From Gammaproteobacteria bacterium (GTDB lineage Bacteria; Pseudomonadota; Gammaproteobacteria; JBOHHR01): 33,152 nucleotides of DNA. The stretch covers positions 1 to 33,152 of the forward strand of contig JBOIEG010000118.1 in assembly GCA_050740915.1 (NCBI GenBank). The letters run 5' to 3'. Made by a program: the position numbers and the translations under genes. This document shows positions 22,779-31,872 of the stretch, in pieces; position 1 is the first letter of the stretch, and every line of letters starts with the position of its first letter. The notes below the pieces were generated by a model that saw nothing but the letters and a program-made list of their open reading frames with translations, had not been told where the DNA came from and searched no databases.

Positions 22779-24692
22779 ATGGATAAGGAATCTAACCAGT
22801 TTACCATTCAAAGCAAGGAATTATCACAGCTTGAACAACTGCTAAATAAAGAAATGGCAGGTGCCCAAGTGGTACTTCTTACAGGCAGCACTTCACTTTG
22901 GCACATGAACGAAGGTTTGTTACGAAATGTAGCGACAGGCCGCCTCGCCGATCCTCAAAGAACGAAGATCAACAGTGCTTCTCTTTATGAACGGAACGAT
23001 TATTGGGAGAAAAGAGGCACGCGACCGGATAAACGGCTCCATGAGTGGCAGACTAACATGGATACTTATCTCAAGAAGCAACTTCAAGATGAAGAGAAAC
23101 GTAATCTGTTGGAAAGAATTCTGAAACGACATAATCAAACTCCTGATGAGGTAGTCGTAAACGCGGAAACTATCTATAACAGACTCATGGTAGATCAAAA
23201 AGGAGATGTTGAATTTTTTGCCAGAAGACTGAGTAGAGAAGATATTAAACAACACGCAGAAGTCATCCAGGAATTCGCGGGTATCTATGGGCAGAATTCA
23301 AGCAAAATAGCCAAAATACTTGCCGAGGGAATAATAAACGCTAACGACCAGCCTTGCGCACTTATCGACTCAGCCCAAAGAGAGTTAAGCGATGAAGAGC
23401 GAATTATACTTGAGACACTTGACCTGCACGCGCAAGCCAAAGAGAAAAAATATCTAGGGCAAATCGCGAAAGCTCAAACAAGGTATCAGGAGCAGCCGGC
23501 TTTACGAGAGGTGGCGCAGCAAACAAAAAGTGAGCCCCATAAAGCCAGGGAAGAACTTAGGCAATTGGTGGAGGAAGACGTCGGAGTTTGCACAGAAACA
23601 GATAAGGGGCAAGACGCATACTTCGCGGATACCGAAAACGCGATTTTTGGTGTGTTTGACGGAGTAGGAAGTTATAGGCATAGTGGTGAAGCTGCTAATA
23701 TAGCTAGTGAGCACATTAACGTCGCCCTAGCAGGCATTGAAAGCAATCTGGATCTTGATAAAACAAAACATACAGTAAGGGACGCGCTTATACAAGTAAG
23801 TGAGGAAATAAATGAAGAGGTAGTAACACGATATAAAATCGTAGAAGAAGACATAAGGAAAAACATTGCAGGAAATTTATCAGACGACGATTTTGACAAT
23901 AAATATAAACCAAGAACTGAATATGATAATAGTTCCATAAGCAAATGGATAAAAGGAGAACTTGACGCAGCTGAGCCAACAGAACGTTTGTATAATGGTT
24001 TAACAAGCTATATCCATGGTTGGATCAAGAAACAAGTAACTATGGCTACAACCGCCTCCGTAGTCAAACTGTGGCAGGGAGAAAATGGAGATAAACAAGC
24101 AATCATCGCTAATGCAGGAGACAGCAGGGTTTATGTATATAAGAATAAAGAGGATAAACTGGAGATAATAACTATCGATGATAACTTTCTCTACGAGGTT
24201 GTGGATGGACATAAAGCAAGAGAGATACAGAAGGCATTAGGCAATGGAGCAAAGATCAAGGATGTTCTGGCAGAAGAGACGGTTGTACTTAAAGAATCAA
24301 ATCCACTACACAAGAAGTTGTGGACATTTCATCATGGCACGATATGGAATGAAAAAGATTATCGTTTTTGGCAAAATGGAGAAGTAGAAGTACCGCTTAA
24401 AAACATTAGCTCTTTTGCAATGACGAGGCAAATCCCATTTGTAGGTACAGAACCAACTATAAAGCAAATAAAAATCGCATCAGGTGATAGGATTGTAATG
24501 ACGACTGATGGTGTTCACGACAATTTACGCACATCAGAAATTGAAGAAATAATTAGAAACAACCCAGACCCAATCGAGGCAGCTAATGCGGCAAAAAGAA
24601 AATTAGACGACATACGAGAATTAGCGCGGACATTGAAAGGCAGAAGCTATAAAGCAGACGATATAACGTTTGTTGTTATCGCCATAAACTAA
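22779..24692 (+). CDS. PP2C-family Ser/Thr phosphatase with an unassigned ~280-aa N-terminal region
   Basis: 637 aa. PP2C motifs appear in order: FGVFDGVGSYRHSGEAANIAS, ANAGDSRVYVY, MTTDGVHDNL, ADDITFVVIAI. Confidence 0.8.
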   Translation: MDKESNQFTIQSKELSQLEQLLNKEMAGAQVVLLTGSTSLWHMNEGLLRNVATGRLADPQRTKINSASLYERNDYWEKRGTRPDKRLHEWQTNMDTYLKKQLQDEEKRNLLERILKRHNQTPDEVVVNAETIYNRLMVDQKGDVEFFARRLSREDIKQHAEVIQEFAGIYGQNSSKIAKILAEGIINANDQPCALIDSAQRELSDEERIILETLDLHAQAKEKKYLGQIAKAQTRYQEQPALREVAQQTKSEPHKAREELRQLVEEDVGVCTETDKGQDAYFADTENAIFGVFDGVGSYRHSGEAANIASEHINVALAGIESNLDLDKTKHTVRDALIQVSEEINEEVVTRYKIVEEDIRKNIAGNLSDDDFDNKYKPRTEYDNSSISKWIKGELDAAEPTERLYNGLTSYIHGWIKKQVTMATTASVVKLWQGENGDKQAIIANAGDSRVYVYKNKEDKLEIITIDDNFLYEVVDGHKAREIQKALGNGAKIKDVLAEETVVLKESNPLHKKLWTFHHGTIWNEKDYRFWQNGEVEVPLKNISSFAMTRQIPFVGTEPTIKQIKIASGDRIVMTTDGVHDNLRTSEIEEIIRNNPDPIEAANAAKRKLDDIRELARTLKGRSYKADDITFVVIAIN

Positions 24693-24750
24693 TCTTCTTA
24701 AGTGGATACCCACTTCTTCTTAAAGATGTGCTGTCCGTCGATATACCCAC

Positions 24751-26442
24751 ATGAAAGAAGTATATGTCAATAAAAGACTTGTAAAACTACCAGATAAATG
24801 TTGGAAAGATGGAGCAGAGGCCAAGATACATAAAATCGATGCGGAGATAGTTTTCAGTACTGGCATGGTTCGAGAACAACAAGTTCTTAAACTTTTCCGC
24901 GAACCAGACGACCCTCGTTATCAACATGACCAAAACGCACGCAACGCCGCCGAGAAGCGCCTCAAGTATCATCGGCTTTACGCCAAGCTAGAAAATTTTC
25001 CTGAAAATCTGCCCCAGCGGGTTATTGTTCCGCAGGAGATCGCTAGAGACAGCAATGGCACAATCGTGGGGTACTCCATGCAATTTATGGCAAAAGCCGA
25101 GTTATTTAAAGAATATGTGCATAATAGAGATTTCCGCGACGGTTTAGGACGAAATCATTCAGATATTGTGAATAATATAATTCTTCCGGTGTTTAGAGAC
25201 CTGCATCATACGATATCTGAGCTTCATAAGAAGGATGTTATAATTGGAGATTTTAATGATGCCAATGTGCTCATAGAAGAAGACAGGGCGTATATCATTG
25301 ATGCGGATAGTTTCCAATTTGGAATATATCCATGTGAGTTATACAAGCCTGAATTTCTTGATCCAGCACTTATGAATCAGCGATCTGAGGGCATCGTAAA
25401 ATTATACGGAAAAAAGTATACGGCAGATTCTGACTGGTACGTCTACAATATCATGCTCATGCAAAATCTGCTTTTCGTCGGACCGTACGCTGGGAAAGTG
25501 ATATCGCATAACAAAAAGATTACAGAAAAGATACGCCGGGAGCAGCACTTAAACATCTTTCATCCGGATGTGAGATATTCAAACAAAGACAATTTCCATC
25601 ATAAAATTTTACCGGATGATTTGCGCGAATACTTCTTTAAGGTTTTTGGGGAAGACAAACGCGGGAATTTCCCGGCATGCCTACTGGACATGTGCTGGAA
25701 AAAATGCACAAGTTGCGGAGTAGAACACGCGAGGGAAAGATGTCCTAATTGTTATCGAACAACGACTCAAACAGTCACGTCAGGTTCGGCTCAGGCAGGG
25801 GTGCCAGTTTCCCCGACTTCACTTCCTAGTGCTAAGTGGCCGCTCCAGTCTCGGCACATAGGATCAACAGTATCTCAAAGAGTCACATCTCAATCATCAC
25901 GACAAGCCCGCGCGCAAAGACCCGCTTTGAGAGCGACAGACAATCTGAAAGGCTTTATAAAAAGACACAAAATTGGGATAGCCGCCGCCGCAATTTTCGG
26001 GTACGTTATTACGATGAGTCCATTTGAAGACCGTATTACACAGCTTGAACGGGCCCTACAAGAGCGTACCGGAGTCTTTGATTGGAACGCACATAATGAA
26101 TTAAGGCATCTTCATATCACCAATAATCCGCCTCACCTGAGAAAATCCATGGAGCACTCTAATGTCATTTTGCAACACTCATACATGGATGGCTATATTC
26201 TAAATATTCTAAGCGAGTGGCAAATAGACAAAAACACCTCCGCGGCGCGCGCCAATCTTCGGAGGAGCGCTCGACATTTTCCCGATCTGCGATTCATTGC
26301 AGCAGCGTGTTTTTTGAAGATTGGTGATTTGTACGTCTTTGAAGGCAATATAAATGAGGCAAAATTTTCTTATCTAAAGGTGGCTGAAGACAAGTCCTCT
26401 GATATGACGCGATACCGTGTGCTTGCAGAGGAAAGACTATAG
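24751..26442 (+). CDS. eukaryotic-like Ser/Thr protein kinase with zinc ribbon, one TM helix and a helical C-terminal domain
   Basis: 563 aa. QVLKLF (Lys), catalytic loop VIIGDFNDANVLI (DxxxxN), IIDADSFQF (DFG-like), FLDPAL. Then CTSCGVEHARERCPNCY and a TM segment IGIAAAAIFGYVITM. Confidence 0.7.
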   Translation: MKEVYVNKRLVKLPDKCWKDGAEAKIHKIDAEIVFSTGMVREQQVLKLFREPDDPRYQHDQNARNAAEKRLKYHRLYAKLENFPENLPQRVIVPQEIARDSNGTIVGYSMQFMAKAELFKEYVHNRDFRDGLGRNHSDIVNNIILPVFRDLHHTISELHKKDVIIGDFNDANVLIEEDRAYIIDADSFQFGIYPCELYKPEFLDPALMNQRSEGIVKLYGKKYTADSDWYVYNIMLMQNLLFVGPYAGKVISHNKKITEKIRREQHLNIFHPDVRYSNKDNFHHKILPDDLREYFFKVFGEDKRGNFPACLLDMCWKKCTSCGVEHARERCPNCYRTTTQTVTSGSAQAGVPVSPTSLPSAKWPLQSRHIGSTVSQRVTSQSSRQARAQRPALRATDNLKGFIKRHKIGIAAAAIFGYVITMSPFEDRITQLERALQERTGVFDWNAHNELRHLHITNNPPHLRKSMEHSNVILQHSYMDGYILNILSEWQIDKNTSAARANLRRSARHFPDLRFIAAACFLKIGDLYVFEGNINEAKFSYLKVAEDKSSDMTRYRVLAEERL

Positions 26443-26763
26443 AAGAACAAACGATCAAATTCTTTATCGCTCTTGGGAGAGATATATGTGGAATTCGGAC
26501 AATCAAAAAGGAGAAAAACTTCCGGTAAAGGATAACCAACTTCTTGGCACAAATAATTTTGTCTATAAAGATTGGATTGGACACCAAATAACTCGGTATT
26601 TGAACTTCCAAAAGACATTAACTTTGCTGAAATTACAAGAATAAAATATTTCATCATTAGAAAAGCTCTTTAAGCCTGATTAACTCGACGGTGAGGGGAG
26701 CATTACCCGTTTTTAGCCGAACTCAGGCGTTTATAATGGTGTATAATATACTGAAGTGTTAGA

Positions 26764-27330
26764 TTATGTTCCCCCCGTGTTGATGTAGCGGTATAACGTT
26801 GCTCTGGAAACATTGAGCATTTTGCAAATCTCATCGATGGTATTGTTTTTGTCATTATAAAGCGATTGCGCCAGGGTTATTTTTTTTGGTGTATTGAGGG
26901 ATTTCGCTTTTGGTCTGCCGCCTAACCTTCCTCGCGCTCTAGCAGCTTGCAAGCCTGCGTTTGTCCGTTCTCTAATTACATCTCTCTCAAATTCCGCCAG
27001 TGCTCCAAAAATATAAAAGACGAGTTTCCCTCCTGATGTTGTTGTATCAATATTCTCCGTAATACTCTTAAACCCGATTTTTCTATTGTTAAGTTTTGTA
27101 ACTGTTTCAATGAGATGCTTGAGGGAGCGGCCAAGCCTATCCAGTCGCCAGACAACGATCGTATCTCCTTCTCGAACATACTTAAGCGCTTCTTCTAATC
27201 CAATGCGCTCTGCTTTTGCTCCACTTGCAGTATCTGTGAAGATACGGCTAACACCTATTTTCTCAAGCGCATATTTTTGAAGATTTAATGTTTGATCTGA
27301 TGTGGAAACACGAGCATAACCAATAAGCAT
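26764..27330 (-). CDS. serine recombinase, Hin/Gin invertase-like (resolvase/invertase family)
   Basis: 188 aa. MLIGYARVSTSDQ (catalytic Ser), VVWRLDRLGRSLKHL, ALAEFERDVIRERT, GRLGGRPK, and a C-terminal HTH (VSRATLYRYI). By eye it is closer to Hin/Gin than to gamma-delta resolvase. Confidence 0.9.
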   Translation of the reverse strand: MLIGYARVSTSDQTLNLQKYALEKIGVSRIFTDTASGAKAERIGLEEALKYVREGDTIVVWRLDRLGRSLKHLIETVTKLNNRKIGFKSITENIDTTTSGGKLVFYIFGALAEFERDVIRERTNAGLQAARARGRLGGRPKAKSLNTPKKITLAQSLYNDKNNTIDEICKMLNVSRATLYRYINTGGT

Positions 27331-27340
27331 ACACGTATCA

Positions 27341-27377
27341 TCTCAAAACTCATGACAAAAGACAAGGTTTTGAGAAT
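27341..27377. repeat. inverted TCTCAAAAC half-sites next to the recombinase start (candidate recombinase binding site)
   Basis: TCTCAAAAC (27341-27349) and GTTTTGAGA (27367-27375), with a 17-bp spacer. The right part, AA-GGTTTTGAGAAT (27364-27377), resembles a hix right half-site. The site begins 11 bp from the recombinase ATG (27330). Confidence 0.4.
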
Positions 27378-27415
27378 GATTGTACATCATATCGTTGATT
27401 ATATTGTTGTTTTTA

Positions 27416-27448
27416 TTGACAAACAGATACACTTTGGCTATACTTTGG
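27416..27448 (+). promoter_or_regulatory. sigma70 promoter with ACTTTGG direct repeats for the RelB/RelE-like pair
   Basis: TTGACA (27416-27421), 17-nt spacer, TATACT (27439-27444). ACTTTGG occurs at 27431-27437 and 27442-27448. Confidence 0.5.
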
Positions 27449-27453
27449 TTGTT

Positions 27454-27771
27454 ATGAACACGACTACCATTCACATTAAAACAGATGTGCAAACACGGGA
27501 AGCTGTTAAAAAAGTCGCTGAGGAATTTGGTTTTACGCTTACTTCACTTGTTAATGCACTATTAAAGCAGATTGCAAGACGCAAGCGACTTACCCTTGAT
27601 CTTGATGAGACACCAAATCAATACATGATTGAGTCGCTGAAGAAATCAGAGGAGGATATAAAAGCGGGCAGAGTGTCGCCTTCCTTTACGAACGCAAAAG
27701 ACGCAATTTCTTGGTTAGATGACCCAAACGCATCCTATGCAAATGGAGATAAAGTACGGGATGAGGTTTAG
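27454..27771 (+). CDS. RelB/DinJ-family (RHH) antitoxin
   Basis: MNTTTIHIKTDVQTREAVKKVAEEFGFTLTSLVNALLKQIARRKRL is a DinJ-like RHH. The ATG at 27454 follows the promoter, and the upstream part of the track ORF (from 27352) overlaps that promoter. Confidence 0.7.
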   Translation: MNTTTIHIKTDVQTREAVKKVAEEFGFTLTSLVNALLKQIARRKRLTLDLDETPNQYMIESLKKSEEDIKAGRVSPSFTNAKDAISWLDDPNASYANGDKVRDEV

Positions 27772-28021
27772 AAAACAATATCTAAAAGCAGACAAAAAAA
27801 TCAGAACTGCTTTTGCGCAAACCATTGAGCTGTTTGTTGAAGAGCCTGATCATCCAATACTGAGAAACCACTTACTAAGAGAAAAATTTGCAGGATATAG
27901 AAGCATTAATATAACAGACGACTACCGAGCGGTTTTTCGAGAAACCAAATCCGGGGACAGGACAACTATTACCTTTCATATGATTGGCACACACGATGAG
28001 CCTTATGGTGAAAATTCATAA
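27761..28021 (+). CDS. RelE/YafQ-type mRNA-interferase toxin
   Basis: MRFRKQYLKADKKIRTAFAQTIELFVEEPDHPILRNHLLREKFAGYRSINITDDYRAVFRE...ITFHMIGTHDE has the RelE/ParE-superfamily layout. It overlaps the antitoxin stop by 11 nt. Confidence 0.7.
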   Translation: MRFRKQYLKADKKIRTAFAQTIELFVEEPDHPILRNHLLREKFAGYRSINITDDYRAVFRETKSGDRTTITFHMIGTHDEPYGENS

Positions 28022-28344
28022 GGCAAGTTAGAATATCGCCAACTGCCCTGTTCTCCTCTGTTCTTGCCTTTTAAAATGCAGTCCCAAGACTGCTTTATAC
28101 ATCACCCTGGTTAACAGAAACACCCGCTCTATTTCTTCTTTCTTGGGAACTCTTCCTAGTTCGTCATGCAGGGCAAGAGCTATTTTTGCTTTGAGGAGTT
28201 TCTTCTTTTGTTCCGGCAGTGCCATACCGAACTATTGTCTCAAAACTCAATGCAGTTGTCAAGTAAAAATACCATGATTTAGAGATAAGTTTTAAGATGA
28301 TACACGACGCCTTCACCCCTGTTTTTAAGAAGACAATAATTACC

Positions 28345-28370
28345 GTCTCAAAAACGGTGGTTTTTGAAAC
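28345..28370. promoter_or_regulatory. 26-bp hix/gix-like palindromic site (candidate serine-invertase crossover site)
   Basis: GTCTCAAAAACG-GT-GGTTTTTGAAAC. The reverse complement of the right half (GTTTCAAAAACC) matches the Hin hix half-site TTATCAAAAACC at 10 of 12 positions. The left half matches at 9 of 12. It has the same 12-2-12 geometry. Confidence 0.4.
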
Positions 28371-28580
28371 TGAATGGGGCCTAAATTCAAGGCTCAATCC
28401 GAACACCTACCCCTCTACATTGGTGCTTGACAACCTTTTGGTAGACGGGGTGAGGTACTAAAATCAGAAGAGACTTACAGGTAAAAGAAACAGGTGCATA
28501 GATAGAGCGAAGCTGAGCACTGTATGGGGCTTGTGGCTGCCATGATGGGCAGCTTTATCCTAGTCCGAGCAACCGCCCCC

Positions 28581-29063
28581 CTACCTATCGCCTTTCATAG
28601 TCCGTATAAGCCGAACAGATACCGTAGCAGAGCGAAATATGGGTTCATCATCGTAGTCTAAAAGTACGGCAAAAACTCGATGGTCAACACCTCCCAGGCG
28701 ATTTCTAGGAACATGCCACATGCCGTTGGAGGGTGGTTCAAACATGCTTTGTGGATAATCTTTGTCTGTACGAATAACAACGATTAACTTTCTCCCATCT
28801 CTAATTTCAGAAGGTTGCAGGTTGCCTGCAACCGTAATTAAACGGGTGTTACCGCCCAGTCGAGTTTTGAATACAGCACCTTCCACCGGTTCTGTGATTA
28901 CGAGCTTGTTACTTACTGGCATGGTATCCTCCATGCTAACTGGATCAGGAAGAAAAATACGCATAAACCACTGCCGTGTTGCAGGAATTGCAAGTGCAAT
29001 AGCTGTAACTATACCAAGAATCGTTACAACATTGGAGACGATTGTAAGTAGAATCTCCACCAC
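28581..29063 (-). CDS. membrane-anchored hypothetical protein
   Basis: 160 aa with a GTG start. The N-terminal TM helix is ILLTIVSNVVTILGIVTAIALAI, followed by a beta-rich soluble domain with no recognisable motif. Confidence 0.4.
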   Translation of the reverse strand: MVEILLTIVSNVVTILGIVTAIALAIPATRQWFMRIFLPDPVSMEDTMPVSNKLVITEPVEGAVFKTRLGGNTRLITVAGNLQPSEIRDGRKLIVVIRTDKDYPQSMFEPPSNGMWHVPRNRLGGVDHRVFAVLLDYDDEPIFRSATVSVRLIRTMKGDR

Positions 29064-29270
29064 TTACCTGCAACAAAGTTAGACGTATTATCACACAGCA
29101 TGCATCGCTTGGTGCCAATTATACTGTTGCGGTAAGCTACATAAGACTTGACATGATTTATGAACTACCATCATGGATAAGTTTTAAGAGCACTGTATGG
29201 AGGAGAAGCCAATTCGCTCAGTCGCCCCTATGAGAATCCCATCAATCCGGAAACAACAAGCATTTTAGAG

Positions 29271-30273
29271 CTATGCGGACTTAAGTTGAGATAACTGTTC
29301 GGTAAATACTTCACAGGGAGTTTTGTATTGAAGCACTTTTCGCGGTATGTTGTTCAATTGGTAAACGACCTCGTTTAACTTTTCCTGAGAAACATCGCGA
29401 AAATCTGTTCGTTTAGGAAAATATCTTCGTATTAGCCAATTGCGATACTCGTTTGTTCCTCGTTGCCATGAACTGTATGGATCGGCAAAATATGTTTGCA
29501 TAGCAAGATCTTCCTTCAATCGTACATGCAGATAATTTTCACTGCCATTATCCAGTGTTGTTGATTTGCGAGCTTGTTTCGGATAGAGAACTGAAAATAC
29601 AAAGCTGTGCCAGATATGTTTCTTTTGCGCGAATGTGGGGTATTTGGTAGGCAAAGAGCAATCGGGATATTCGTTCTACTTCTGTATGAATACCTGTTTT
29701 ATGTTTGTTGCCAACAACGGTATCGCCTTCCCAATGTCCAAACTCTGAGCGTGTATTAATGTTTTCAGCTCGCTGTCGAATGGATACTCTATGGGGAATT
29801 TTAACTGACCAGTGCCTTATGCCAAGCCAGCGGCTTCTCTTTTTGTGGCTTCTTGGGAGCTTCTCCCATAATCGCAACTCTTTTTGCTCCCTATCATAAA
29901 TATATTGATAAATAGACTCATGGTTAATGTATTCTTCAGGGGATCGTTGGCCTTCCTTGATCTCCTTTCTCAGTCTCCCCGCAATTTGCTCCGGTGACCA
30001 GCCAAGCTCTAATTTTTCAAGAACATAGGATTTAAGTCCTGGACGGGTCTTGAGCAAATATTTTTTATGAAAGTTTAGTTTTCTTCCTTCTGTGGCTTTA
30101 TGAGCATGAATGGAATGATATATTCCATCTATTTTATTGCGTTGTAGCTCATCGGAAATACTGGAAGGGCTTCTTCCTAATCTTCTGGCAATTTCTCGAA
30201 CGCCGTCTCCGGTTGCATGCCAGTAGGCGATCTTATCACGCTCCAAAGCGGTAAGTTTATGATTTGATTTCAC
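29271..30273 (-). pseudogene. IS30-family transposase, split by one frameshift
   Basis: The N-terminal ORF (30273-29548) has KLTALERDKIAYWHATGDGVREIARRLGRSPSSISDELQRN (IS30 HTH) and GHWEGDTV. The C-terminal ORF (29654-29271) has LDNGSEN...DPYSSWQRGTNE (DDE region). The frames overlap at 29548-29654. I could not define the element ends, though they probably lie near 29.23 and 30.31 kb. Confidence 0.8.
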
Positions 30274-30324
30274 TATCTCCTAACAGTATACCACCAACTC
30301 TACTGTTCGGATCCGAAATTGAAT

Positions 30325-31276
30325 TTAGGTCTCCATCCGATCCGGTTCAGCCCCCGAGCCGACAATCCCTCTTGGCCCGCACAGCGCGGGACACCAAAAC
30401 GCCCAAAACTTGGTGCCGCTGGTCAATGAATAGCCTGGAAAGTCCCCGATTCCAGCTCGAGGAAACGCACGCCCGGCACGGGTCTTCAACCGATGCCGCA
30501 TCCGTTCGACCGCATCGGCCGATTCGGCCAGCGGCGATGGCTCGCTGAAGCGTTTTTGCCAAGGCAAGTGATGCGGCTCATGCCCCGCGGCGAGCAAGGG
30601 GTCGATGTGTGCATCGATACAGGTGTTCACATTGGCCGCACTGAAGTAGCCGGTGTCGGCCAACAGCTGCGTGACCTCGCCCAGGTCCTCCGGCAAAGGC
30701 ACCCAGCCTCTGGAGCATCGGTGCAACCTGCTGCTTGTCGTTAGCCGCTTGCGTCAGTTCGGTGGCGACCACCAGCATGGTGTCGGTATCCACTACCGCT
30801 TGGGCGTTGTAGCTTTGCTCGAAGCCCCCACCGGGTGCGGGCATGATACGCGAGTCGGGATCGGTGAGATTGACTTGGTCCTTGGCACAGGGACCGGGTG
30901 TGGGCGGTGCCGGCGGACCGCCGCGGGGCTTCTTGCCGGTGCGCTCGCCTTTGTCTTCGCGCGCTTTGACCTCGACTTCGTATTCGGCCTGTTCACGGAC
31001 GAAACGCTCGGCGGCACGCGCCTCGATCTCGGCCTTCGCCTCACCAATGGCTTGCAACCGAGCCTCACGCCGTGCCAACTCCTCGGGGATGTTTAGCCCC
31101 TCAGGCAGCGGCTCGGCATCGGCCGCTTCAGCACGCGCCAGCAGTTCTTTTACCTCCGCCTGCAACTGTGCCTCAAGCTTCTCGGCATGCCCATAGGACA
31201 GCGCACTGTGGCGCGAGGCATTGGCGTGGATCTTGGTCCCATCCAAGGCCACCGTTCCCAGCTTCAACAACTTCAT
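30325..31276 (-). pseudogene. IS1182/IS5-superfamily transposase remnant (N-terminally truncated, frameshifted)
   Basis: GTVALDGTKIHANASRHSALSYGHAEKLEAQL...LPEELARREARLQAIGEAKAEIE...NLTDPDSRIMPAPGGGFEQSYNAQAVVD is typical of IS1182-like DDE transposases. The reading frame breaks near 30580-30720 and again near the C-terminus. The DNA is GC-rich. Confidence 0.55.
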
Positions 31277-31289
31277 CGAACTTCTCAGC

Positions 31290-31535
31290 CGAACGCTCGC
31301 AGTCGCTGTGATCGACGTCCGTATTGTCGGCTACGATGGCCCCGATATAGCTCGGGTGCCGGGCTTCAACCCGGAAGTGTCGAGTTCCTTCTCCCTCCGC
31401 GCAAAGGGTTGGCTCACTCGCATTCACAACCTCGACCCCGATGGTCGCGGCGCAAGCGACTCCTCCGCTAAAAGCAACGGTCACCACCGCGACAACAAAC
31501 ACGAAGGGTGAAAAAGAAAAAGCGCTTTTTGTCAT
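31290..31535 (-). pseudogene. 5' fragment of a signal-peptide protein gene truncated by the IS remnant
   Basis: The N-terminus MTKSAFSFSPFVFVVAVVTVAFSGGVACAA is a signal peptide. The ORF then runs into IS1182-like sequence around 31280-31300. The junction position is approximate. Confidence 0.3.
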
Positions 31536-31872
31536 AATGTCATCGCATCAGGCCTGCAACTCAAGCCGGGAGGCCAGTCGTGGCGTAGAAAAAACCCAGA
31601 GAGCCCCCTTATCTCGGTTAATGTTAATAAAAAAACAACTTCGAGTGTTGTGCTGCGGTGATTGAGGAACCGATCAGAACAGAAACCCGTTTTCGGCGGC
31701 GGATCGCCGTTGGCCTTTTGTATGTCGTATTCAACACTCAAGCGGCCGAGCTGCGGCTCGATACGATCCGCCTCCCTTTGGGTTTTCATATCGCCGTGTT
31801 TGCGCGCGTTCCGCAGGCCCGTACGATGGCGTTGAGCCCAAGCGGTACTCTATATGTGGGCACGGGGTCTAA

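Noticed and set aside
28028-28225. 65-aa minus-strand ORF convergent with the RelE-like toxin gene.
   Set aside because: There is no Shine-Dalgarno sequence upstream of its ATG and no motif. It could be real but I cannot support it. The same applies to the 52-aa ORF at 26486-26644, although that one does have a GGGAGAG upstream.
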